DNA from: Craspedostauros australis | Taxonomy: Eukaryota | Length of the DNA: 37,111 nucleotides | Assembly (NCBI GenBank): GCA_030167865.1 | Contig: JALAGF010000869.1 | Span: forward strand, 1 to 37,111 | Reading direction: 5' to 3' | In this document: piece after piece, positions 22,104 through 33,722 of the stretch | How positions within the stretch are numbered: position 1 is the first letter of the stretch | Layout of the letters: every line of letters starts with the position of its first letter | Translations under genes and position numbers: made by a program | Notes under the pieces: generated by a model | Databases searched by the model: none | What the model was told of the DNA's origin: nothing | The model's input: only the letters and a program-made list of their open reading frames with translations

Positions 22104-22895
22104 ATGAGAGGCCCAAGCGTGCTCCTTTGGGCGTTCCAAGTTCCCCCAGCCATTCGTCATCCGTTCACGACCACCAGAACCGGCGCTAGCACCAGACTTT
22201 GCACGTCATCTCCGTCCTTCCGCACTGCGTCACACGGCAAACGCACCATCATGTCTGCGACCTCCGATGCCTCGACAACCAAGCAGCTGGTGGTGGATCC
22301 TTTCTGCTTCCGACAATTCCAGGAGCAGGAGGCCTCCAAATCCTACGGCGGCACTGTGTTTGGGATTTCCATCGAGGACTTTGAAGCCATCGCCAATGAA
22401 CGGTACGAGGAATCGAACTTGCAGGACGGGTACGCTCCTTTCTGCAAGCACATCTTCCTTGTCAATGACTTCACCAACGAAGATGCGCGTGTCAATGTGT
22501 TGCCCATCACCAAAGAGAATGAACACTTGCTCCGAACGCACTATGAGGCGCGCAACGAGAAGGAGCTACCAGTGCTGCAGCGTAGCTTCCCGTTGGAAGC
22601 GGTTGGTGGGACGGAGAAGCTGCCTGTCGCCAAGTACCTGGATCTGATCCTATACTCCCGTGAGCAAATCCGCAAGGAGAACGAAGCCATGGACAAGGAG
22701 GCTGGCGAAGAAACCGCCCCTTGGGGCATCGTTAGCATCAAGGCGCAGGACGTCGACAAGGAGCTGCCCATGAACCCAATCACGCAGATGAGAAATGCGT
22801 TGGGCAAGGAGCAGGGTGGTTCTGGCATTCCGCTCGAGCGCGAGGCATACATGGAGAGCGTGGATTACTGGAAGAACAATGCTGTCGTGTCATGA
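22104..22895 (+). CDS. DUF3228 family protein
   Basis: Family motifs LQDGYAPFCKHIF, YEARNEKELPVLQR, AKYLDLILYSREQI, WGIVSIK, PMNPITQMRNALG-GGSG. R/S/T-rich N-terminal extension precedes a second Met at 22251. Confidence 0.85.
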   Translation: MRGPSVLLWAFQVPPAIRHPFTTTRTGASTRLCTSSPSFRTASHGKRTIMSATSDASTTKQLVVDPFCFRQFQEQEASKSYGGTVFGISIEDFEAIANERYEESNLQDGYAPFCKHIFLVNDFTNEDARVNVLPITKENEHLLRTHYEARNEKELPVLQRSFPLEAVGGTEKLPVAKYLDLILYSREQIRKENEAMDKEAGEETAPWGIVSIKAQDVDKELPMNPITQMRNALGKEQGGSGIPLEREAYMESVDYWKNNAVVS

Positions 22896-23221
22896 ACAAG
22901 CGCAGAAACAAGACGTACTACGTAATACATGTGCATGCACACCAGTACAAGCAGATCGTATACGGCCGCACTTGTATGGTAGTATTATATGTTGTACTCA
23001 AGAACAGCAATACAATGATAATAGATCCAAAAACCGTGCGTTCACAGTGCGCACGGCCACTTTGACCACGGAAACATACTGTACGAATTAACGTTGGCTG
23101 ATTTTGGCACTGCTCTACGCTTTCTCTCTCGACCGGAGAGTAGTCAGCCGTGGAATCTAATACTACGATTATTGCATTAATATGAAATCGAAAGGATGAT
23201 CAGGGTCCCATCGCATTAAAT

Positions 23222-24873
23222 TCAATGGCTGGACTTGTACTCTTTGATGACATCGTTAGCGATCACCAGGTGTTGGATCTCGCTGGTTCCCTCGTAGATC
23301 TCGGTTATTCTTGCGTCACGATAATGGCGTTCGGCCGGCATTTCGGTGACGTACCCCATACCGCCGAGGATTTGGATCGCCTGATGGCTGCACATGGTTG
23401 CCGCCTCGCTTGCCGCGAGTTTGGCCATGGCAGCTTCTCGTACGAAGCGTTGTCCATCGTCCTTCAGCTGCGCTGCTCTCCAAGTCAACAGCCGGGCTGC
23501 ATCACGCGCGACCGTCATGGCACTGATCTTGTTTTGAATTGTTTGCAGCTCGGAAATTGGCTTGCCGAATGCGTTGCGCTCAAGAGCGTACTTGACTGCG
23601 CAATCGATCGACGCTGATGCAATACCGAGAGCCTGTCCCGCAACTCCAATTCGCCCTCCGTCAAGTGTCTGCATGGCGATCTTGAATCCCATGCCCTCGT
23701 CTCCAAGCAGGCAGTTGCCCGGAATGCGGACGTTCTCCATGATCAAATTTGCCGTGCTGGATGCTCTGATGCCCAATTTGTCCTCCTTCGCACCCAAGCT
23801 GAATCCTTCGGCATCCATGGGAACAATGAATGCAGATATGCCCTTGTGCCTGCAGGTATGCGTGCATCGATGAAGAAGCAAAGCAAAGCAATACAAGTGC
23901 GTGTGTGTATGTGCATGGGATGGTACGAATGCAAAAGTGAGAAAAAATGGACGGATGATGTGTGGTTAGCTAAGAAGCGAAGCAAAAGACAGGAGCGACA
24001 GGCATTGGTATGGGTGTGTAATGCGTAACCTTGGAAATACAAACGCATACCTGTCCATTGCGGGTCACGACGCGCAAGCTCACGAGAAACATTATGGCTC
24101 TCTCTTTCGAACGAACGAACGAACGAACGCACGTGAAGTTCCTTCAACAGCGCAAACGGCCGCACATACAAATACAAAATACGAATGCAGCATACAAATG
24201 CAAGCAGGAGCACTTACTTGAGGTCCTTGTCCGTTGTGGCGAATACGACGGCCGCACTGGATTCGTAGGCATTCGTGATCCATGCCTTGGTGCCGTTGAT
24301 GATCCAGTCGTCGCCGTCTTTCTTGGCTGTGGTGGACGCAGCTCCGGCGTCGCTACCGTTGCCTGGCTCGCTCAGGGCGAAGCAGCCGATCTTTCCTTCT
24401 TCGCCGCCTCCAGCGAATGGCGTGATCCATTGCTCGTGCTGCTCCGGCGTTCCGAATGTCTGGACCGGGTACATATACAACGAATTGTGTGCGCTCATGA
24501 TCACACCGACCGATGCGCATCCACGGGAGATCTCCTCCATGGCGATGGCGTAGGACATGGCGTCCAATCCGCTGCCGGAATTCTCCTCCGGCGTGTTGAT
24601 GCCCATCATGCCCAACTCGGAGAGCTGCGCTACGGCCTCCTTCGGGAATTGATGTTTCTTGTCCCATTCGCCGGCGTTGGGTGCCAGCTCTTCGTCTGCG
24701 AACTTGCTGCACATCTCCCAGACCATGCGCTGCTCGTCCGAGAGCTGCGAGTGGCTGGTGATAGATCGTGTTGCCATCTTGGAGACAGCAGAATTCACAC
24801 CGACCGTTCTACTTCCACGAAGAAGTGATGGCATCCTTGCCGAAAGCGGCGTCGCGAGTCTTTGGCACATCAT
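23222..24873 (-). CDS. ACADS: Mitochondrial short-chain specific acyl-CoA dehydrogenase, 2 exons (24873-24218, 23849-23222)
   Basis: [80 protein letters not shown] 368-nt intron GTAAGT...CTGCAG joins DKDL-K-HKGISAF. Arg-rich mitochondrial presequence. Confidence 0.95.
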
Positions 24874-25722
24874 CTTGCTGCAATTGTTTGTTCGTTGATC
24901 AGTATTGCAATACTACGACGAGTATAATATAATAGTATGCAGTGTGAGGTTGCACAGTGTTGCAGTTCGTCAAATTGGCGGAGACTCGGTTGTTGCTATT
25001 GCGGTTGCTATCGCTGTTTGTCAAAGTCGGACTTGTGTGGTCGTGAGAAATGAGACAATGCACGAGCGAAGAAGAAAGAGAAGAAGAATGGCTGGTGTTG
25101 TGCGTGTTGCGATCCTTGGTTGGCTGTGAGGAGTCATTGTTCCCGTTTCTTTACCCCGTTTGCGTTGTTGGTTTCCTTTGGCGACACGCGTGATGGCACA
25201 TGGTCGTGACGGCGGCGTTGGTGGCAGAAAGGATTCGCCACCGTCATCTCCATCATCGCGCCATCATCGACGAAGCAGCAATCGACCATCATCGACGCGC
25301 CGATCATGCGAACCCAGGTGTCAAGAGCGCTGGTGCCAAAAGTTGTGAGGGAAGTACGAGCGTTGGGGGAAATGGTTGACACCTCTCCCCCATTGAAGTG
25401 ACGAGAAGTCCCCTTTTGACCCATACGATCAACATGATTTCTTCATTTCGTGATTGGTGATCGCCAAGACTCCAAAAATGATGGAAGATCTGGATTGTGT
25501 TTGTTGCGTGGGTGGCACCAACAGTGCTGCTGACAAACATGTGCGTACTTCCCATCATCCGGCCAACACGGCAAATCGCTCCATCGGCACACCACCACCC
25601 CGCACTCATCGCCTTGGCTATCCATCAACCGTCGTGCTGGTTGAGACGACACAAGTACTACTACGATCCGTTGGTACCACACCATACAACTACGAGTGCG
25701 TGCAAGTGCGAGGACGACAACT

Positions 25723-25770
25723 AACCAACCAACCAACCAACCATTCAACCATCCAACCAACCATCCAACC
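25723..25770. repeat. (AACC)n/(ATCC) degenerate microsatellite upstream of MATE copy 1
   Basis: aaccaaccaaccaaccaaccattcaaccatccaaccaaccatccaacc. Confidence 0.8.
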
Positions 25771-25841
25771 AAAGAGTGTCAGGAAGCATCACATATTACA
25801 TCTTGGAGTTGTACACGTGAACTAGAGAATCATCGTGGATC

Positions 25842-27575
25842 ATGAAATTCCAGCAGACTCGCTCGTTGCTGATCGTGGCTGCATTGGCAGCAAGCAGTCT
25901 CTGCCCTGCCGATGCTGAGAGATGGACTCCTTCCAAGCTGCCACAGGCAACAGCAGAGGCTCGTCGGATCGTTCGATCAGCATCAGAATCAGCAGCGAGC
26001 GGATCGAAGGCAGGATTGCTGCCACGAGGTGGACAATCAACGGAGCCAACCAAGCTCGAAGCCTTGACAGGTGGACCACCGCCAATCCCGGAGATCAGCG
26101 ACTACAGAAAATTCGCTCTGCCATGCCTGGGCCTGTGGGTTGCGCAGCCGCTGCTCTCGCTGGTCGACACGGCCTTCGTGGGTCTTTCAGGCGATGCATC
26201 GAAGTCCGCCCAGCAACTGGCCGCGCTGGGACCCGCGACAACATTCTTCGACGGCGCGACCTACCTGTTTGCGTTCCTCAACGTGGCGTCCACCAACCTC
26301 TACGCATCCGCGAGAGCGCAGAAGGGGGAGCAATCGGACCGAGCGGAAAGCGTCGTGCGAGTCGCATCCAGGATGGCGCTCAACTGCGGGTTTGGCATCA
26401 TGCTATTTCTTTACGCTTTTGCGAGACCGCTGCTGGGCCTGTACATTGGAGGCGAGGCATCGGCCACGCCAGGGTTGCTCGACTCCGCGGTGGAGTACGT
26501 CAAGATCAGAGCCCTATCCCTTCCCACGTCGTTGCTTCTGGGTGCCGTGCAGGCATGTCTGCTGGGAGCGAAGGACTCCGTGACGCCGCTCGTCGCCATT
26601 CTGTACTCCACGACGGTCAACCTCATCGGTGACTTCATCTTGGTGAACCGTATGAAGATGGGACTTCGCGGAGCTGCGATCGCGACTCTCATGGCGCAAT
26701 GGGCAGCCACGCTGGCGCTCATCGGACCAGCCCGTCGACGGCTGGTGCGTGACCATTCTCTTGGCCTGTTCCAAAAGATCTCCAACACGGATGATAGCGT
26801 TTCGGGCAAGTCCTTCCTGTCCTTCGCCCTCCCGGTGCTCACCTTGATCATTGGAAAGCTCGCAGCCTTTGGGTTCATGACGCATTCGGCAGCGGCCGTG
26901 CCAGGTCAGCCTATCCCGCTGGCGTCGCATCAGATCATTCTTTCGCTATTCTTCTTCGTAAGCCCCTTCATGGAGGTCATCAGCCAAACAGCCCAATCCT
27001 TCCTGCCCCCGTACATCGCTCCGGTCTTGGACTATATCGACGAGAAGCTCAAGATGGACCCAACCTTTGACCCAACCAGCGATTCAGACATCGCGACATG
27101 GAAAGCGGCGTCAATGAAGGCATGCAACAACCTCTTGATGCTCGGCTTCATGAGCGCTGTCCTCATTGCATCCACCACCTCCCTCATCCCAGCATTCTAC
27201 GGCAACCTGCTCACGAACGATGTCAGCGTCCAAACAGCCGCCAAACCGCTCGCCAAGTACCTATGGGCAGGAGCCTTCCTCACTGCTCCTGTCGCGGTTT
27301 CTGAAGGCATCTTGCTGGCCCAGCGCGAGCTTGGGTACCTCGCCGTCATCTACCTCCTCAGCACCGCTGTCTTGCCGTACGCACTTTGGCAGATCAAGGC
27401 CGGAGGCACAGTCAAGCAGGTTTGGGCATGCTTCGCGATCTTCCAGCTCTTCCGCGCAGCCACATTCGCGGGACGTGTTTGGTTGGCACCGTTGCTACGA
27501 CGCTCACCGCCTGAAATCAAGAAGGAGGAGACGACGATCGATGAACAGACACGGGGCGTGGTCACAGTGCCATAG
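25842..27575 (+). CDS. MATE family transporter (DinF/EDS5-like), copy 1, intronless
   Basis: [66 protein letters not shown], multiple transmembrane segments; N-terminal signal peptide. Confidence 0.93.
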   Translation: MKFQQTRSLLIVAALAASSLCPADAERWTPSKLPQATAEARRIVRSASESAASGSKAGLLPRGGQSTEPTKLEALTGGPPPIPEISDYRKFALPCLGLWVAQPLLSLVDTAFVGLSGDASKSAQQLAALGPATTFFDGATYLFAFLNVASTNLYASARAQKGEQSDRAESVVRVASRMALNCGFGIMLFLYAFARPLLGLYIGGEASATPGLLDSAVEYVKIRALSLPTSLLLGAVQACLLGAKDSVTPLVAILYSTTVNLIGDFILVNRMKMGLRGAAIATLMAQWAATLALIGPARRRLVRDHSLGLFQKISNTDDSVSGKSFLSFALPVLTLIIGKLAAFGFMTHSAAAVPGQPIPLASHQIILSLFFFVSPFMEVISQTAQSFLPPYIAPVLDYIDEKLKMDPTFDPTSDSDIATWKAASMKACNNLLMLGFMSAVLIASTTSLIPAFYGNLLTNDVSVQTAAKPLAKYLWAGAFLTAPVAVSEGILLAQRELGYLAVIYLLSTAVLPYALWQIKAGGTVKQVWACFAIFQLFRAATFAGRVWLAPLLRRSPPEIKKEETTIDEQTRGVVTVP

Positions 27576-27820
27576 ACTACGGATAAAATATTGTCGCAAG
27601 AGATGTGTTCCTGCAATAGCGATCTCTTTACTCCAAGAGTGTCATGGCTATCTGATGATCCGTACGAGTACTCTCTTGAAATTGTAGATCGTCTTACCTA
27701 CTCTGCATAGACTACACAAAGCAGTTTGTGGAATTGATTCCGTGGAAGAGATGACTGCATGAAGAGAATGCGACGAGAATCTCCGGCGAGGCGTGAACAA
27801 CGCGATTTCTTTCATGGGTG

Positions 27821-28041
27821 CGAGTGTCCTGGGACACTCGGCAGAAAGTCGGGATTTGCTACAACCGGAAATGTGTTAAGTAAAATAATGTCATGATATT
27901 ATAAATTGGTCATACATCATTGCAGTGTATTGCGTCAATTACTCCCTTGAGAGAACCTTGAGTCGTAACAGATAAACTCCCGATATTCCCGACAAAGCTC
28001 CCGACATTCCCGACAATGACACATGACAGCATGAGTTTATC
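27821..28041. repeat. Palindrome plus TCCCGAYA direct-repeat cassette bounded by a 9-bp inverted repeat
   Basis: CGAGTGTCC-TG-GGACACTCG at 27821-27840; inverted motif GTCGGGA at 27848; four TCCCGA(C/T)A copies at 27978, 27987, 27999 and 28008, lying within the span from GATAAACTC (27971) to GAGTTTATC (28033). Confidence 0.7.
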
Positions 28042-28538
28042 AATTTTGTTGTGATGACCTGAAGAATATCAAAAGACGCCGAAGCTATTAAACTGGTTTA
28101 AGGAAAGAGGTTTATTGATCGTGTCAGACATTTTGCCGCGTGTCCCTGGCGTCCTCTTTGTTGCACAACTTTACTCTCTCGGCTTTCGCGTTGCATGGTG
28201 CATTGATCTTGAAGTTGTTGGTCGCACCCGAGACGGTGTGCGAACTTGTCGTGACACAAGCAATCGCGCTTTCCATGCCTGAGTGCGATCAACGACCAAC
28301 GACACAACCACACACAGCATGGTTGGCCATGACCATCATCACAGCCAAAGCAAACGAGCACGAAGGATCAACAAAGGATGCCCGCACACTTTCCTCAAAT
28401 TGCCACAAATAGATACCAAACGGAAGGGCGCAGAGAGTGGCGAACAGGCATACTCATTACCCCACTCTGCTCTACTCTGCTCGTCAAGTACACGGTCGGG
28501 CCAAACAAGCAAACAAACAGCCGATCATATTCATCAGC

Positions 28539-29258
28539 ATGTCCGATAATGAGCAGGACCTCAAGCCCCGTGCCAAGACCAACGAAGGGATACCGGCCCC
28601 ACAGGTCTGCGTCGACAATTGCAACGCAAATGTCATGTTCGAAGACCTGGTTTGCACCATCTGCTTCGAGATCCCATTCGAAAGCCCGGTCGTCAGCGAC
28701 TGCGCGCATGTCTTTTGCAAATCCTGTTTCGACCGCCTCAGGGCGTCTCGTCCCGGCAAGCAGGTCCGGTGCCCCAACGATCGCAAGCTCATTAACGAAG
28801 TACAATCGCTCGGAGGTGTGGCGGGGCGAATTTGGGAAGGCATTCGAGTGAAGTGCCCCCGTGGCGGCTGTCCATGGAAGGGGGGCATGGGATGGTACAG
28901 CGAGCATGCGAAGCACCAATGCAGCGGATCGCGCACCTATTACGCCAAGCATACGAGCATGATGAACGGAACAACCAAGTCACTGAAAATAGCCAATGCA
29001 AGGCTGTTGGCAAGGCAGATGAGTTTGGAAAGAAGCCTCAAGACGTGGCGGGAGAACGCAGTTGCTTTGAAGGTTGCCGTTGACAAAGCAGAAAGCAAAA
29101 ACCGCAAGTTGCGAGCAGCTGGCAAGGAATTGAAACGCGATATCGAGATGTATAAGAACCGCCTTGGAGACATTGGAATTGTTGGCATACGTACGCAGGA
29201 CAGACGTCCGCAGCCTCCGCCTCTGAAGAGTGACAACGGAGACAGTCTCCTCCCATAA
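28539..29258 (+). CDS. RING finger (C3HC4) + TRAF/Sina-type zinc finger + coiled-coil protein, copy 1
   Basis: CTICFEIP...CAHVFCKSC...CPND RING, then CPRGGCPWKG...H..HQC zinc finger and a coiled coil. Likely ATG at 28539. A possible intron at 29191-29301 makes the 3' end uncertain. Confidence 0.85.
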   Translation: MSDNEQDLKPRAKTNEGIPAPQVCVDNCNANVMFEDLVCTICFEIPFESPVVSDCAHVFCKSCFDRLRASRPGKQVRCPNDRKLINEVQSLGGVAGRIWEGIRVKCPRGGCPWKGGMGWYSEHAKHQCSGSRTYYAKHTSMMNGTTKSLKIANARLLARQMSLERSLKTWRENAVALKVAVDKAESKNRKLRAAGKELKRDIEMYKNRLGDIGIVGIRTQDRRPQPPPLKSDNGDSLLP

Positions 29259-29301
29259 ATCCATCATTAGCACACACACACACACACATCCTCCCGTACA
29301 G

Positions 29302-29630
29302 ATACTGACAGGAATGATCCGGCAGGAAAATTCGGATGAAGGCAAAAGGCAGGAAGATTGACACCATCAGCCCTGGCACGTCTGACATCATAGCGAGCGT
29401 CATCCGGACGCTTGTCAGAGAGTCATCCAAGAACGAGGAGCAGCAGCAGTCTTCCTGGTGATGAAAGAAGCGTGGCAATCATTCATGACGAAGATACCGT
29501 CTCTGTGCAGAAGAAGATACTTATAGAAGAGACTGTCAACGCACCTATGGTTTCGGAGTGGGCACTGTCTCCGTTTCAGCTCCGGTCGCACGTTCACAAG
29601 CTTCGAAAGCTGAAAAACAAAACGCAATAG
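29302..29630 (+). pseudogene. Frameshifted remnant of the C-terminal helical domain of RING copy 1
   Basis: Stitching frames across a -1 shift at ~29449 gives DIIASVIRTLVRESSKNEEQQQ/VFLVMKEAWQSFMTKI, which aligns without gaps to DDAVVKMHRLAKEGVSQRDRERMFSQMQALRARVTNSI of copy 2. A further frame gives SEWALSPFQLR (cf. SEIFTRNQIK). Confidence 0.4.
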
Positions 29631-30095
29631 CACTCGTATGACCGTGGGACATCACGATCTCTCGATCCCTCGTGTTGCTTCGGAGCAATCGGAGAACAGA
29701 AAATAGGAGTCGATGTCATCAAGCTGCTGCAACGGCAGAGGGGACAAGAAGACATGCCAAGAATCAGAATCGGGCTTTGGACTTCCCATTCAGATTTTCG
29801 GATCCTGCAAGCTTCGTTTCTCAGCATCAATCCATTCATGCAATTGCAACAGTTGGTGAATACTCCGACCCAGGCACATCTTGCTGGCATGAGTTTTTTC
29901 GATGTCAGGAGGGATTGGTTGCGTCGCGAAAGCTTCAAGCAGCGACAGCGACAGGATGGCACACAGCGAATCAAATCCTTTCACATCTCAGCCGCACGCT
30001 CCACAGATTCTTTCGTCCTCTGTTTCGATCCCATACCTTTTCCCCAAAGCGCTGGGACATACCGATCACCCACCATCCATCACGCGGTGGGCTGC

Positions 30096-31025
30096 ATGGC
30101 ATCTCTCACCATGGTCCACGAGTCTCCATGCTTCTGTTTCGTCAACGAGGGCGCAGCCAAGCTGTATGATCACCTGGTTTGCACCATCTGCCAGGAGATC
30201 CCGTCCAAGGACCCAGTTGTCAGCAACTGCGATCACGTCTTCTGTAACGATTGCATCACGAAGTTGTGCAAATCTTCATCCACAAGCTCATGGCGATGCC
30301 CAAATGATCGGCAGCGTCTATATGAGTGGTTCCCATTGGATGGCGTCGCGCGACAGATATGGGAGACGGTTCGAGTTGCATGTCCAAGGAAGGCCTGCGC
30401 CTGGCAAGGAGATCTGGGCCAGTACGAACATCACCACAAGATTGAATGCACTTGCACTGCCATCGCCGAAACTGCCACTGCATTCTATCTTCAGACTGAA
30501 ATTAAAGCTCTCAAGTTGGAGAAATCAGCCTGGGAGTCTGACAAGAGGACCTTAGAGGACACTGCCCGCCAACTAACAGAGAGAGTGGAAGCATTGCAGT
30601 GTCAACTTGCCATTCCGGATATCCCAAAACCAAAGCAAATGGAGAAGACCGCAGAATCCACGACGCAAGTGCTGCGGCGATCAACAACACAAGCAACAAC
30701 ACAAGATGCGATGCCGACGATTCCAATAGTGAGTCTACAAGGTCCCGAGGTGAAAGAGATGGACGATGCCGTGGTCAAGATGCATCGATTAGCGAAAGAA
30801 GGAGTTTCGCAGAGAGACCGAGAACGCATGTTCTCTCAGATGCAAGCACTTAGAGCTAGGGTCACCAACTCCATCAAGAGATCGCCACAGGCGTCGTCGT
30901 TGGTGGTGTCCACTGAACTGAAGATGATGGCAGTGGCCAAAACATCGGAAATATTCACACGAAACCAGATCAAACAGATGAAAAAATGGCACCAACAGCA
31001 CCGTGCGATGGTCCTTCGACCGTGA
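30096..31025 (+). CDS. RING finger + TRAF/Sina-type zinc finger + coiled-coil + C-terminal helical domain protein, copy 2
   Basis: LVCTICQEIP...VVSNCDHVFCNDC...RCPNDR, GVARQIWETVRVACPRKACAWQG...H...C; clear paralog of 28539-29258. Start chosen at ATG 30096 by alignment to copy 1; the ORF is open from 29754. Confidence 0.85.
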   Translation: MASLTMVHESPCFCFVNEGAAKLYDHLVCTICQEIPSKDPVVSNCDHVFCNDCITKLCKSSSTSSWRCPNDRQRLYEWFPLDGVARQIWETVRVACPRKACAWQGDLGQYEHHHKIECTCTAIAETATAFYLQTEIKALKLEKSAWESDKRTLEDTARQLTERVEALQCQLAIPDIPKPKQMEKTAESTTQVLRRSTTQATTQDAMPTIPIVSLQGPEVKEMDDAVVKMHRLAKEGVSQRDRERMFSQMQALRARVTNSIKRSPQASSLVVSTELKMMAVAKTSEIFTRNQIKQMKKWHQQHRAMVLRP

Positions 31026-31777
31026 ACAATGCAGCAAGGAAGAGCGAACATGCGTGTAAAGTAGACACAACAAACAGATTTTTGACCCATCGTCTCAATC
31101 TGAATGGGACGACCACGTTTCACTAGCCACGGTTCCCACCTGATCCAGATCATGCTCTCTCGTGTGAGCCTGTGCTTGTGATGTTCGGCTACTCGCAATG
31201 CCATCACCTCGACCTGTGGACCCTATCCCCTCACATATACACTCACATTGGCACGATTGTTCGACCATCTGAGGCAGCAGTTGTTGAGAAGACTGCCACT
31301 CTGCGCAACGACGCTGATGTGCCACTGTTGGATTAGTCGTATTCTATCGATGTTTCGAAAGCCTAGTCTATAAAACAAGCTAGGGTATACAAATGCGTTT
31401 GCGGAAGAAAAAACATCAACGGTGTCAACGCCTCCGATTCTGTCGTCAGGGCAGACGTCAGACGCCATCAATCGACAAAACGACACTCTCCACTGGCCGA
31501 CTGCCGACCGCCACCCTCTCGAAGCGCATCGTCGCTTGGTCTCCCTCCGATCAAATGTACAGACAAATACAAGCACAACTACCCTACAACACAAACCGTC
31601 GACCGACCAACTGATCGATCGACAGATCTATGTCAGCAGACAAGACCCATCCAGCACCGAAGATTCTTCGCTGTCCCGTTACCGCCACAATCCATGCGCA
31701 CTGTGGATCGGCACGATCACACGCAAAGAATGACCTCCGACCAAAGGCTCTCACCTGCAAAGGGAGCACGATCAACG

Positions 31778-33722
31778 ATGGCACTGTTCGTGTCATTGTT
31801 GGTCGTGATGAGTGGCGAACGCCCAGTGGCTGGATTCGCACCAAACGACGTTCGTCAGCATAGATGCAGTCCACGATCCTCAACAGTGTCTTCTCCAACC
31901 ATCAACGGAATCCATTCGGAGAGACTTGCCTTCAGAAGCATCGATCGTACACGCCGTTGTCTCATCGGCTCTCATGCTGCGGCGCTCCACGCCTCCAGTT
32001 CCTCATCGGGGACCGAAAGCAACGACTCCAACAAGATCGACAAGCCCGATGACACACAATCGCCAGCAGACAAGGCGGAGGTGACCTTGGGGACTCCACC
32101 GGAGCAACCAACCATGATGGATTATCGCAAGTTTGCTTTGCCGTGCCTCGGCCTATGGATCGCGCAACCTCTCTTATCCTTGGTCGACACGGCCTTCGTC
32201 GGGCTGTCCAGCGACCCCGCCATCTCGGCAACCCAACTCGCAGCCTTGGGGCCGGCAACAACCTTTGTGGATGGTGCAACGTACCTGTTCGCATTCCTCA
32301 ACGTTGCATCGACTGGGTTGTATTCTGCTGCTGTCGCACAGCACGGCGCGGAATCCGATTCTTCCGAAAGTACCGTGCGGACTGCCGCCAAGATAGGTTT
32401 GCGATCGGGAATTGGCATCATGCTCTTTCTGCTGGCATTTGCCAGACCATTGCTTGCTCTTTATGTTGGTGAGTACACAACAGTGCGCTAGCACCCTGGT
32501 GGGCTTTGCCAGTGTTCCAAATCAAACGTCACGTCTCACGAATGTACGTATTGTTCTTTGTTCAAACTTCTTTCGTTGCGCGTTGTGAAACCAAACTGGT
32601 TGTGCAGGTCCCGAGGCCGCTGCTACGCCTGGCTTGCTGGACGCGGCGACGGAGTACGTCAAGATCAGAGCTTTCTCCATGCCAACGTCATTGCTCATGG
32701 GCGTTGTTCAGGCGTGTCTCCTTGGAGCCAAGGATTCTGTCACTCCACTGATTTCAATCATGTACAGCACCATCGTTAACGTGGTTGGCGATTTTATCCT
32801 CGTAGGTCAACTGGGCATGGGATTGCGTGGAGCTGCCATAGCCACAGCGCTGGCGCAATGGGTCTCCACTATCGCACTGTTGGGTCCCGCCCGAAAGCGA
32901 TTGGTCAGAGATCACAATCTGCGCATTTGGGGCGGTCAGAAGAAGACAAGCGGTACCGTTTCAGGCCGTTCCTTCCTGGCATATGCTGCTCCAGTGCTGA
33001 CTCTCATCCTCGGGAAGATCGCTGCCTTTGGCTTCATGACGCATTCAGCAGCAGCTGTGCCAGGACAGCCGACGCCGTTGGCCGCGCATCAGATCATCCT
33101 TTCGCTCTTCTTCTTCGTAAGCCCGTTTATGGAAGTCATTAGCCAAACGGCGCAGACTTTCCTGCCTCCATTCTTGGCACGCCTCCAGGAGTACATCGAG
33201 AATAAAAAGAAAGCAGATCCCAAGTTTGACACAAAGAAGGACAAAGCGGCACAAGCCTGGAGCAAGGCTTCGATGCAGGTATCAACGAACTTGCTCGAGC
33301 TCGGCGTCGGAGTGGCGACGGTTGTGGCCTCTCTTGCGTGCTTTATTCCAGCCTTCGGTGGTGCGATGCTCACATCCGATGGCATCGTTCAAGGAGCGCT
33401 AAAACCGCTGGCGAAGTACCTCTTGGTTGGTGGGTTGCTGGCAGCGCCGGTAGCTGTGTCCGAAGGCATACTCCTCGCACGTAGAGAGCTAGGATTCTTG
33501 GCAACGACCTACCTGGCAACCACTGCCCTGTTGCCAGCAGCGCTGTTGAGAATAAAGAAGGTTGGAGGCACCGTAGAACAGATCTGGGGATGCTTTGCTA
33601 TCTTCCAGCTCACCCGAGCGATTGCGTTTGTTGGTAAGATTTGGTCCAGGCGAATTCTTGGGCGATTTGGAGCAAAGAGCGCAGGCGACACAACGGAGAA
33701 TCCACCTAAAGAAGCTAGCTAG
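31778..33722 (+). CDS. MATE family transporter (DinF/EDS5-like), copy 2, probably plastid-targeted, 2 exons (31778-32468, 32608-33722)
   Basis: Same motifs as copy 1 ([67 protein letters not shown]). A 139-nt intron GTGAGT...GTGCAG joins [12 protein letters not shown]. Signal ends VAG-FAP; alternative start at 31730. Confidence 0.92.

Noticed and set aside
24031..24828. 265-aa plus-strand ORF
   Set aside because: Antisense shadow of ACADS exon 1
27821..27860. Palindrome as a Helitron 3' end
   Set aside because: No CTRR terminus at the expected distance on either strand
27978..28015. Short direct repeats as a CRISPR array
   Set aside because: 8-nt units with spacers of 1-4 nt, eukaryotic context, no cas genes
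29754..30095. N-terminal extension of RING copy 2
   Set aside because: No counterpart in copy 1 and reads like UTR or promoter sequence; ATG 30096 preferred
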